64,000 nucleotides of DNA, taken from assembly GCF_006345805.1 (NCBI RefSeq), contig NC_042997.1, positions 56,358,001 to 56,422,000 on the forward strand. Reading direction: 5' to 3'. Shown here one piece after another: positions 1 through 10,687 of the stretch. The notes under the pieces are model-generated. The model was not told where the DNA came from, searched no databases, and saw only the letters and a program-made list of their open reading frames with translations. Position numbers and translations under genes: made by a program. Origin of the DNA: Octopus sinensis (lineage: Eukaryota). Numbering within the stretch: position 1 is the stretch's first letter; every line of letters begins with the position of its first letter.

Positions 1-925
1 TAGTAGTGCTTCCTTATCATATCAAATATCCTTTTTACTAAAGTGGGTTTGAGGGGGATTTGTCTGATATTTTTAACATGTCCAATGGCTGTGTAGGCAA
101 TTTGCCATTTGCCCAATTAACATATATACATATTAATATATGTTAATATAAATATATATTTTTTTGAGCACCTGTATTTACTGACCAGTATCATTATTAA
201 TTGTCCTCATGTCCCAATTTATTTGTTTTCCATCCCTAATCTTTTAATTAATTCTTCATAACTACCCAACAATGAAAACACAACCTACTTTTAATTATTA
301 TTTGTTGTTGAGTATCAATTATTTTCCTTCTTCATAACATTGTTAGGTACCAGGTGTTAGTCGTGTGTTATTTTACACCTGTCTTACCTTGTGAGACAGA
401 TGTGATAGTTAAAAATTTACTGGGGAAATTGCACAGAATTGGAAGGAGAAGTGTAAAAAGAGTATAATATTGTGGAAGGAAAAAAACTTCTTTCACTGAA
501 GGAAATAACCAGCCACTTGTTTGCCATTTTCCTTCCCTGTGAGGTTGGTGATAGCTATTCTGGATCAAAGTTTGGAAACAGATGTTGCAGTAAAAATTTA
601 TTGTCAGTCATGGAAAATAAGATCACAGAAATCACTACAGCATAAAGGAGAGGTCTTACCAAGTCAAGTAAGTTTCCCCCAGGTTTAATTCCTGGTTGAA
701 GCTAAAACACCTCAGTCCACATTACTAATGCTATCGAGAAACACTTGAATGTCAGTCAGACATTTTCACCTTTGTCTGTTAATTAGTGGTGCCATGGTTC
801 ATTGAAGAATGCTGTGGCTTTTTGGACAATGGCGTGAACATCATTTCACTCAAACAGGAGATTATATTGCGTCATTGGATTAAAAACACTAAAAAACTTT
901 ATCCGGAAAAGCGGTGTGTGTGTGT

Positions 926-1105
926 ATCATCATCATCATCGTTTAACATCTGCTTTCCATGCTAGCATGAGTTGGACGATTTTGACTGGGAGCTGGGGAA
1001 CCAGATAGCTGCATCAGGCTCCAATCTTGATCTGGCAGAGTTTCTACAGCTGGATGCCCTTCCTAACGCCAACCACTCCGAGAGTGTAGTAGGTGTTTTT
1101 TACGT
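926..1105 (-). repeat. RTE 3' UTR-derived short copy; further copies at about 3638-3887(+), 13378-13760(-), 14300-14745(+), 28240-28410(+), 29945-30187(+), 30250-30500(+), 35553-35602(+), 35810-36055(+), 60340-60420(+)
   Basis: shared GGAAGGGCATCCAGCTGTAGAAAC...CCAACCCATGCTAGCATGGAAA...TTAAATGATGATG. Confidence 0.85.
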
Positions 1106-1112
1106 ATATATG

Positions 1113-1417
1113 TATGGCTTAGTGGTTAGGGTATTCAGCTTGTGATCGTAGGGTCATGAGTTCAATTCCCTACAGTGCAAGACAGTTTATTTCTCATAGC
1201 TCCAGTCTACTCAGCTGGCAAAAATTAGTAGTACCTGTATTTCAAGGGGCCAGCCTTGTCACAGTTTGCGTCATGCTGAATCTCCTTGCGAAATGTGTAA
1301 AAATGGGTACATGTGTCTGTGGAGTGCTCAGCCACTTGCACGTTAATCTCACGAGCAAGCTGTTCTGTTGATTGTATCAGCTAGGACTCTCGTCGTTGTA
1401 ACCGACGGAGTGCTTCT
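1113..1417 (+). mobile_element. tRNA-derived SINE; related tRNA-headed SINEs at about 9560-9680(-), 12170-12410(-), 44005-44160(+), 45620-45800(-), 52790-52930(-), 53830-54000(-), 62445-62700(+)
   Basis: Pol III A box TGGCTTAGTGG (1115-1125) and B box GAGTTCAATTCC (about 1158). Confidence 0.8.
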
Positions 1418-2019
1418 TAATATACATACGCATATAAAATGATAAATTTGTTTCATAACTTGAAAACATGCAAATAACTTATATTATCATGTTTAATAAT
1501 AAATAAATTACTTACACGTCTTCATTATTGCAAAATGCAAAAAATTTGTTCAAAATAATGCAAAATTTGAGGTACACCTTCAAGTGAAAGAAAATCTTTA
1601 TATATACACAATTTGAGGGTATGTATCTGTGTATATTTCTATATATTTATTCACTATTGCATCTGCTACATTGACGTATGTAAATCTTTGTAAAGAATAT
1701 GAGAACATATCCGTGTGTCTGTAGACAAACACATAAGTGTGTGTATTTATATATAGATGTATAAATATACATTTTTAGTTTATGTATAGTTGGAAATAGA
1801 TATGGGTGTTTACATTTCTGTTTTTCAAAGCTAGTATATAGATGTATATGTATGTTTATTTTATATCTAATGTATGTTGTGTATGTATGTTCTGAGTTAT
1901 ATAAGTTATTTTTTCTCTTTAATTATATGCATGTTTTGTATATAAGTCTAATGTATACTATTTGTGTATGCGTGAATGACTTTATATGATTATATGTGTT
2001 TTGCATCATGTGTTAGATG

Positions 2020-2037
2020 TGTATGTATGTGTGTATG

Positions 2038-2084
<47 letters not shown>

Positions 2085-2087
2085 ATG

Positions 2088-2153
<66 letters not shown>

Positions 2154-2378
2154 TACATACCCCAAAAACGAAACAAGAACGCAACAGTCACCCATGGCCT
2201 TCTCTCCTCAGTCAAGTTTTCAGGCCACCCCTACATATATATATAATATATATATATATACAGTTATGTTTTCTATTGTATCTGTGTGTTGTTTGTATTT
2301 GAGTGCAATTGTTGCTTTGAATTATGCATGATTATGGGTGTATATTGCATATGTATACATATGTATGTACATTGTGTA

Positions 2379-2449
<71 letters not shown>

Positions 2450-2470
2450 ATTATTATTATTATTATTACT
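2020..2470. repeat. Compound (TA)n/(TG)n/(CA)n/(TAT)n microsatellites; similar tracts at about 5170-5312, 44415-44478, 45465-45520, 46820-46885
   Basis: direct inspection; source of the spurious IYIYIY ORFs. Confidence 0.95.
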
Positions 2471-3148
2471 ATTTTCAGCTTCGCCTTGTATTGCATATTA
2501 TTTCTCCATACAGGGGTTTTTTCAATGGCGGCCCATTTTCGCGGGGTTCCACTATTTCCCTTCTCTCTCTCCCTCTTTTACGTTGTCTGCCATCCCCCCT
2601 CTTCCTTTGCTAAGAGCATTTAAGCCAGCCCGTCATATCCCGTGTCAGGCCGAAGAACGAAATGTTCCCAAGATAAGAGAGTCTTTCTAATCTAATGTTG
2701 TGGTTGAGCTGTTTATTATTTATTATTATTACTATTATTAGTAGTATTAGTATTGTCCCTTTGATCCTCGGTCGAAAATTTGCTTATTATTATTATTATT
2801 ATTATTATATTATTATTATTATTATTATTATTACTATTTTCAGCTTCGCCTGTATTGCATATTATTTCTCCATACAGGGGTTTTTTCAATGGCGGCCCAT
2901 TTTCGCGGGGTTCCACTATTTCCCTTCTCTCTCTCCCTCTTTTACGTTGTCTGCCATCCCCCCTCTTCCTTTGCTAAGAGCATTTAAGCCAGCCCGTCAT
3001 ATTCCCGTGTCAGGCCGAAGAACGAAATGTTCCCAAGATAAGAGAGTCTTTCTAATCTAATGTTGTGGTTGAGCTGTTTATTATTTATTATTATTACTAT
3101 TATTAGTAGTATTAGTATTGTCCCTTTGATCCTCGGTCGAAAATTTGC

Positions 3149-3209
<61 letters not shown>

Positions 3210-3358
3210 TTTCAGCTTCGCCTTGTATTGCATATTATTTCTCCATACAGGGGTTTTTTCAATGGCGGCCCATTTTCGCGGGGTTCCACTATTTCCCTTC
3301 TCTCTCTCCCTCTTTTACGTTGTCTGCCATCCCCCCTCTTCCTTTGCTAAGAGCATTT
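2444..3358. repeat. Tandem repeat with a unit of about 365 bp, 2.5 copies, CpG-rich core flanked by (TAT)n
   Basis: identical ORF starts at 2695 and 3060; copies differ by a few single-base indels. Confidence 0.95.
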
Positions 3359-4145
3359 TTAAGACAGCCCGTCATCGTCATATTCCCGGTGCACCCGCCC
3401 TTGCCCACCCCCACCACCAATACCGGATATCTCTATATTTTTGCTCCATCTATACCGGATGTCGCTTCTCCCACCACCATTATAGGTGTCTACTCTTCGA
3501 ACCCCCCTCTTCAATACGCTATTTGACCATGCATTACCCCTCTCTTGATATCCTACGTTCTACTTGCCTAGAACCTGTCATCATTTCTCTGAACCACCCC
3601 TCCCCACTGGTGCTCCCCTATATTTCTCCCCCCCCCCCACATAAAAAGCACCATCCGAACGTGGCCGATGCCAGACCCCTCTGGCACCTGTGCAGGTGGC
3701 ACGTAAAAAACACCCACTACACTCGCGGAGTGGTTGGCGTTAGGAAGGGCATCCAGCTGTAGAAACACTGCCAGACTAGACTGGAGCCTGGGGCAGTCCC
3801 GAGCTCCCCAGACCCCGGTCGAAACCGTCCAACCCGTGCTAGCGCGGAAAACGGACGTTAAATGATGATGATGATGATGATGATGATAGATGTATATACA
3901 GGGTGGGTGGGTGCAAAAGTGGGTATACAGTTGTGAATGGGGGGAAAAACACGTACAATGCTCGTTTATTTTTATCAAAAAATTTTTGATATTTTCAGTA
4001 TCATTAATCATAATAATACATTTATCATAACTATGATAATACTGTTATTGTAACTTAATTTTTTTGATAAAAATAAATGAATTTTGTATGTATTTTCTTT
4101 TTCCATAACTGTATACCTACTTTTGCACGCAATCGTGTATATAGA

Positions 4146-4178
<33 letters not shown>

Positions 4179-4199
4179 GATGATGATGATGATGATAGA

Positions 4200-4990
4200 T
4201 ATAGCTCGTAGGATGAGTTCCTGGATCTTAAGAACTTTCTGGTCCAGAGAACAAGGTGTCATCATACCACTTTTTTCCTCCTTTGTACGGCCACACCTTA
4301 AATACTGCTGCCCACTGTGGTCTCCCCATACAAGACAAAACATCTCCATAATTGAGTCACCCCAGAGGGCACTCACTAAATGAATTGAAGGCATGGCTGC
4401 TCTCGATTATTGGGATCGCCTTAAAGCCTTGAAACTTTACTCCCTCCAGCGTCGCCGTGAGCGGTACATCATTTGTACGATGTGGAGAATATACCGCCAA
4501 CTTTACCCAAATGACCTTAACATTAGCTTCAAGGTTCATCCAAGACTGGGACCACGGGCCATACGTCCCCTGCCCAATTCAAGATCACAACATACATGTA
4601 CACTGCAACATAATTTCTTTTCCTCAACAGGCCCTGCCCTATTTAACATTGTCCCGAGGGAGATCATAGAGGAAAAGGATCCCATCAACTTCAAACGGAG
4701 TCTGGATAGATTCCTTCAAAGAATACCAGATAAGCCACCCATAATTGGATACAACTCACCCAACAAGAACTCACTACTTGAACAAAACTTGATACAACTC
4801 ACCCAACAAGAACTCACTACTTGAACAAAACTTGATACAACTCACCCAACAAGAACTCACTACTTGAACAAAACTTGACTTAAACAAAACTTGACTTAAA
4901 CAGGATTCGAATAATCCTATCAGGTGGTGCTATTAAGTTAGACATGGCCTGGACCAATCTTTGGTCGAAACATATCTAAGTTTTATCTAA
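4200..4990 (+). mobile_element. CR1/L2-group LINE 3' fragment (different family)
   Basis: VRPHLKYCCPLWSP, LDYWDRLKALKLYSLQRRRERY; internal 43-bp triplication. Confidence 0.85.
4748..4902. repeat. 3 x 43-bp tandem plus about 1.6 x 16-bp tandem
   Basis: GATACAACTCACCCAACAAGAACTCACTACTTGAACAAAACTT at 4748, 4791 and 4834. Confidence 0.95.
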
Positions 4991-5311
4991 GTTTTTATAT
5001 CTCTCTCTATATATATATATATATCTATATCATCATCATCATCATCATCGTTTAGCGTCCGTTTTCCATGCTAGCATGGGTTGGACAGTTCAACTGGGGT
5101 CTGTGAAGCCGGAAGGCTTCATCAGGCCTAGTCAGATCTGGCAGTGTTTCTACGGCTGGATGCCCTTCCTATCTATACCTATATCTATATATATCTATAT
5201 ATATATATATATCTATATCTATATATATCTATATATATATATATATATCTATCTATATCTATATATATCTATATCTATATATATATATATTATATATATA
5301 TATATATATAT

Positions 5312-5730
5312 ATTAGAAATATTAAAATTACTAAGTCTCTCTAAAGGAGATTACGGCAGCGTTACTGGATATTAATAGTTATCACCATACTAATATGGCA
5401 GTCTAAATATAAGACTAAAGCTGTCGCTGATTAGCTCCAAGAGGCCATCGCCTCTAGCTAGCTATATGACACACGAACCTGCGTCCATTACAACCTTCGA
5501 ACAGGGGAGGTCAGCCGCTTCACCTTGCTAGTCAGACATCTGCAGACATGTTTCAGGGTTATTGCCCTTTATCAATGCAGCGTAGTCAGAGCCAGGAGGT
5601 GTCGCTACTGACTGTCTGTTCGAAGATTTTATTTACCTAGTTACAGTGGAATACATCCACTTGTTTTCAATAATAGAAATATTAAAATTACTAAGTTCTG
5701 ACTACGAACAGGGGAGGTCAGCCGCTTCAG
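5312..5730 (-). mobile_element. Penelope-like element pseudo-LTR fragment
   Basis: direct repeats 5314-5335/5674-5695 and 5498-5522/5705-5729; short inversion 5581-5590/5697-5706; embedded minimal hammerhead; no RT or GIY-YIG seen. Confidence 0.6.
5536..5583 (-). ncRNA. Minimal type-I hammerhead ribozyme, U3-A8 core variant
   Basis: minus strand ACGCUGCA-UUGAUAA-AGGG CAAUAA CCCU-GAAA-CAUG-UC/UGCAGAUGU; stems I and II pair; palindromic ACAUGU stem III. Confidence 0.72.
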
Positions 5731-6340
5731 TTGATAAACAGCCACGGACGGATGGTGCTTTTTACATGCCACCGGCACGGGGACCATGCAAGGCTGGCAA
5801 CGGCCACGATCGGATGGTGCTTTTTACGTGCCACCGGCACGGAGGCCAGTCGGGGCGGCGCTGGCAACGGACACGGTCGGGTGGTGCTTTTTACGTGCCA
5901 CCAGCACGGGGGCCAGGCGAGGCTGGCAACGGCCACAATCGGATGGTACGCTTACGTGTCACCAGCACTCGTATTGCAGCTGCAATTTCCATTGATGTTG
6001 ATCGACTTCGATTTTGGTTCTGATTACTGATTTGATTTTGATTTCCGATTTCCACTTGCCTCAACGGGTCTTCACAAATGGAGTTTTGTGTCCCAAGAAG
6101 GAAAGGTATGCATAAGTCGACTGGCTACATCCTAGGTAGAGGCCACGGGTAATGGTCTCACTAGTCCTGCTGAGTCTTCTCATGCACAGCATACTTCCAT
6201 AGGTCTTGGTCTCTAGTCATCTCCTCAGTGAGACCTAAAGTTCGAAGGTCGTGCTTCACCACCTCGTCCCAGGTTTTCCTGGGTCTGCCTCTTCCACAGG
6301 TTCCCTCAACCGCTAGGGTGTGGCACTTTTTCACACACAC

Positions 6341-6372
<32 letters not shown>

Positions 6373-6656
6373 ATATGTGTGTGCATACTGTTCTTGTAAT
6401 GAAAACTAAAAGACATTTCACTCTTTACTGTTTGGGGATGTTAATTTGGAGCATCATAAATAAGACTTAGTCTATTCTTTGAACTTTGGAAAATTCTAAC
6501 TGACTCTTGTTTTGAGTTTTCTCTTTATCTGTTAGCCTATGTCCTTTTGACATTTCAAAATCTTAGAAGTTTGCTCATAAAGAGTTACATACATACGAAT
6601 ATCTATGTATTTGTTTTGCAAGATTCCTGATGCGAAATCATGTTGAATCCGATATT

Positions 6657-6993
6657 GTTATATTTGGAGATTGTCATATTTTTGGCCAATTAACCAGATG
6701 CACTCTATATGCTTGTTCTTCACTTCATTATTATTATTATTATTAGTATTTAGTGTCCTTTGTCTGAAATCTTTTGTTACTCGTCCTGTGACCTCTTCAG
6801 TGACTACATCTCGTGTGTCTACTCCTGTCCTGTTTAGTCTCTTCTGACAGAATGGACTAAACAGAACTGAATGTGTGACAGGGGATTTCAGACAATGTAT
6901 CCTAAAGTAATAATGATTTTACAATGAAGTGAGGAACAATCATGTTGAATGCATCTGGTTAATTGGTCAAAAATGACCCATCCCAAATATAAC
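6657..6993. repeat. Imperfect foldback (palindromic MITE-like) element
   Basis: 6657-6772 is an approximate reverse complement of 6883-6993; inner CTGTTTAGTC/GACTAAACAG stem centred near 6848. Confidence 0.75.
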
Positions 6994-8395
6994 AACATAT
7001 ACATGAATGTCTGTGCCACAGAATCTCCCTAAACTAGACACCAATAGCTAAGCATTGTCTAAGTCTAATTAGGTTACTTAATGAAGAAAACCAAACAATA
7101 TCATAGTAAGCAATCCCCACAAACAATGGATCTACAAACTTTGCATTTTATAAGAATGAAGGACAACCCAGAATGATGAGTCTAAGATTTAAGAAATTCA
7201 CAGCTGAGCATAATATATGTGTCTCCCCATCATCAGCTGCCCAAACAGATATCATTGTGGTTTTGACACCTGGACAGTACCATTCAATCTGGCATTGTCC
7301 ACAGTATTAAAAATATCATATTCCAAAGTCTGTTTTGATGTAACGGTAAGCTTTGGCTAATTGCAATTCCGATCCCGGGCTAGAATTACTTCTTACTTCT
7401 AATAATGGTCTAAAAAATGGAATATTCTTTACATCATTCATGGTTTTGATACTATTATTGCTATTGTTATGGTCATCGTTACTGCCATATGTCTGTCTTT
7501 TTCTTTATTCAATATCAATTTCTCTACAAAGGCAGCAAGCTGGCAGAATCGTTAGCATGTTGGGCAAAATGCTGGCCTTGTACTAAAATTTGAAACTAAT
7601 ATGACTCTCTCTACAATTTAAATTGTAGCAGAAGTTCGCCATTACCTTCTGCCGGAGCAGCTTAATGGAAGTAGCTGACAGAATAAATTTGAGAACAAAA
7701 GTTCTTGAAGGTAGTACCCCAGGATGGCTGTAGTCTAAGGACTAGATCAAATAAATGATAAAAGATCACCAACTAGATATGGAACCTTAAGTTTTTAGGG
7801 TAGCTAGTATTGGAAGTTAATCTCAAGGCTGTGGACTGTGAAAGTAAGTTAAAATAGCAATGACTGATTATCAAGATTGGCTGATGAACTTAACTTGTCA
7901 AACTCTTATCTCTTACTCTGTTGAAGAGTTTATAAAAATATGTTTTATTGACATAACCGACCTGATAAATACAAACAATAGAAAAACTATGTTGTATTTT
8001 TTATTCATAAGTATGTATCCAAAAGGGTTTTCCAACCCAGTATTTACATGCTATTATTTATAGCTTTATGTGTGCGCTTTGAGATATGCCAAAATAAAGA
8101 GTTAGTTCATGTTCTCACCAAAGTTATGATGCCAACTATATATTCATCATCATCATCAGCATCTCTTTCTTTACTACCCACAAGGGGCTAAACACAGAGA
8201 GGACAAACAATGACAGACAAACAGATTAAGGCGATTATATCGACCCCAGTACGTAACTGGTACTTATTTAATCGACCCCGAAAGGATGAAAGGCAAAGTC
8301 GACCTCGGCGGAATTTGAACTCAGAACGTAGCGGCAGACGAAATACCGATAAGCATTTCACCCGGCGTGCTAACGATTCTGCCAGCTCGCCGCCT

Positions 8396-9295
8396 TATCA
8401 TCAGCATCCTCATTTAGCGTCTGTTGTCCATGCTGGCATGTGTTGGATGGTTTGACCAAAGCTGGCAAGCTGGGGAGCTGCACCAGACTCCAGTCTGATT
8501 TGACATGGTTTCTATGGCTGGATGCCCTTCCAAACACCAACCACTTTATAGAGTGTGCTGGGTGCTTTTATGTGGCACTGCATGGGCACTTTTACATAAT
8601 GCCGCATGGACGTTTTTACATGGTACCATGTGGATGCATTTATGTGACACTGCCATGAGTGCTATACACCATCAGAAGGATCGGTTTTAACACTTCTGTG
8701 GAGTATTGTCTTCTTGAGTATGCCAAGGTGCCAGATATCTTGGTCCTTTGTCATTGCATCTGAAAGGTTCAGCTTCCTGAGGTTGTTCTTCAGTACTTCG
8801 TCCTATGTCTTCCTGGGTCTCCCTCTTCCACGTGTTCCATCTACTTTGAGAGATTAGCATTTCTTTATGGAGCTCTCAGCATCCATCTGCATCACATGAC
8901 CAAACCAGCACAGTCCTCTCTCTTGCACACAGCAACCAATTCCTCTTATGCTTCTCTCTCAGAACACTAGCACTCTGTTGTACATGTACACTTACATTAC
9001 ACATCCGGCAGAACATACTAGCCTCATTCCTTTCCAACCTTCACATATTTTCTGCATTCAGGTACCACATCTCACTACCATGTAGAATTGCTGTCCGTAT
9101 ACATGCATCATACAGGCTTCCTTTCACTCAGAGAGGGAAACCTTTTGTGGCCATCAGAGGCAACAACTCTCTGAATTTCCTCTATCCTATTCTTATTCTA
9201 GCTATCACACTCTCTGTGCAGCCATCCGCACTACTAATTTGGTCCCCTAGATAGCTGAAATTACCTACTACCTTTGTTGAGCCACTATGGTATTT
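8396..9295 (-). mobile_element. Decayed RTE LINE 3' portion
   Basis: GRGRPRKT-like coding near 8800-8840; (GAT) tail motif at 8396-8450; VVGNFSYLG-like near 9250-9270. Confidence 0.75.
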
Positions 9296-9683
9296 GAGAG
9301 AATCAATTTCTCAAGTCTCTAAAGTTTTTATGAATCCTGTGCATCTTCGTCCTACAAAAACTATCTTCTCTAATAACCTTTTAATTAACCCACTGCACCT
9401 TTTGTGTATCCATAGCTTACACTGGGTACACTGTATGGAGTTCCTACCTACACCTTTCCTACAAATCGAACAGGGCCACCTACCTGAGGGTTGGGTATGT
9501 ATTCAGCTCTCATGTAATATCTAGTTAAGTGTACACGCAAACACATACATAAACACACACACTCATAATAGGCTTCATTTCAGTTTCCATTTGCCAAATC
9601 CACTCACAAGGCACAATGGGACTGAACCCAAGACTACATTGTTGGGTAGCAAGCTTCTAAATCTCATGGCCACATCTCCACCT

Positions 9684-9716
<33 letters not shown>

Positions 9717-9894
9717 ATGTGTGTGTATGTAATGAAAGAATAGAATCTGGGCTTGAACTTGATGTTCCTTCATATCATCTGTTACCTATGTTTCAGTATC
9801 GGGTGACACACGATATCACTATAGATGCAATCTTTCGATGCACCTCATAAGTGCAGCATGCATAATCAATTTTCTTTAGATAGACAGTAATTAC

Positions 9895-10260
9895 ATTAGA
9901 AATATTGAATTTCTAAATGTTTCAGAGAGACATAAGCAGTGGTGAGGCGATATAGTGGTCGTATACTGTCAACTCAATGTGACAGTCCCATAAAAGAATT
10001 ACACCACCGCCGTTTAGCCCTAGGAAACATCGACGTCTCCTTTTGGCTTTGACACATTTTCTGTGTCCTTATATTTGCAAAGGGGAGGCAATCACCCCCA
10101 CAAGCCAGGACAAGGCACCTGAAAACATATGTTTCTGAGTGTATTGCTCGTTGTCAGTTCAGGGTAGCCTGCCTCGCTCGCTGAGATGATCGCAACCTCT
10201 CTGCAAATATATCGTTGCTGAAATACAAGTGAGATACACGAGTTTTTTTTATCCAGTTTG
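9895..10260 (-). mobile_element. Second Penelope-like pLTR fragment, older and related to 5312-5730
   Basis: begins TTAGAAATATTGAATTTCTAA, like TTAGAAATATTAAAATTACTAA at 5313; contains a decayed hammerhead. Confidence 0.5.
10118..10163 (-). ncRNA. Degenerate minimal hammerhead ribozyme
   Basis: minus strand CCUGAA-CUGACAA-CGAG CAAUACA CUCA-GAAA-CAUAUG-UU/UUCAGG. Confidence 0.55.
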
Positions 10261-10687
10261 ATTCAAGGTCATACTCTTGCATTAGCAATGTCTATATGAC
10301 ATACATAATTGTTTCACAACCCAAGTAAATCTGAAAGTTTGTATCCAAGAAATACATTCTTAATGTATATAAACATGTATATAAAGAATGATTTGATAAA
10401 AGAGACAACATGAAATTTACAAAGAATTATTGAACTATAAAATCAGACCTTAGAGGGAGTTACTCCTTACAGATGAGGTAACATGAAATATGTAAACAAG
10501 CTTGAAAGACGACTATTGTAATGCAAGCCATTACTGTATGGGAAAATGCATTTCCCTGATAATAATGATAGTAAAAGTGACATATGCTTCATAATCAAGA
10601 TCTATAACAACTTATCTAAGCTATTGAGTCAACCAAAGATACTTTAAGCTGTCATTTGATTTGTTAGAATTAGTAATCAAGTTTCTG

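Larger units (their letters stand above)
5030..6335 (-). mobile_element. RTE-type LINE 3' end (ORF2 tail plus repeat-containing 3' UTR), interrupted by a Penelope-like insert
   Basis: EGTCGRGRPRKTWDEVVKHDLRTLGL at 6161-6330; (GAT)n tail at 5030. Confidence 0.85.

Noticed and set aside
1115-1180. tRNA gene
   Set aside because: A and B boxes are present, but there is no complete cloverleaf and the sequence continues into a SINE body.
1976-2690. Many overlapping ORFs rich in IYIY/CVCV
   Set aside because: Translations of (TA)n/(TG)n/(TAT)n microsatellites. The same applies to ORFs at 5076-5375, 44288-44628, 45267-45599 and 46045-47060.
3145-3762. 205-aa ORF containing MAAHFRG...
   Set aside because: Starts in a (TAT)n tract, ends in an RTE repeat, and shows no resemblance to the RNFT N-terminus or any recognisable domain.
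3895-4000. Tc1/mariner MITE starting TA|CAGGGTG
   Set aside because: Only one terminus is visible and no partner TIR was found.
4935-4980. GACC-AATCTTT-GGTC-GAAA stem-loop as a hammerhead
   Set aside because: No CUGANGA-like core upstream; more likely a LINE 3' end structure.
5735-5975. CRISPR-like array
   Set aside because: Whole units are degenerate tandem repeats with no unique spacers and no cas genes; the context is a eukaryotic LINE UTR.
7000-7586. Hydrophobic ORF 7353-7586 as an RNFT 5' exon, or a degenerate RT on the minus strand
   Set aside because: No suitable acceptor or phase-1 donor; minus-strand frames are broken and give no convincing RT motif.
9780-9835. Possible third hammerhead on - (TATCG...CGATA, GAAAC)
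   Set aside because: Core is too degenerate and stem I is not convincing.
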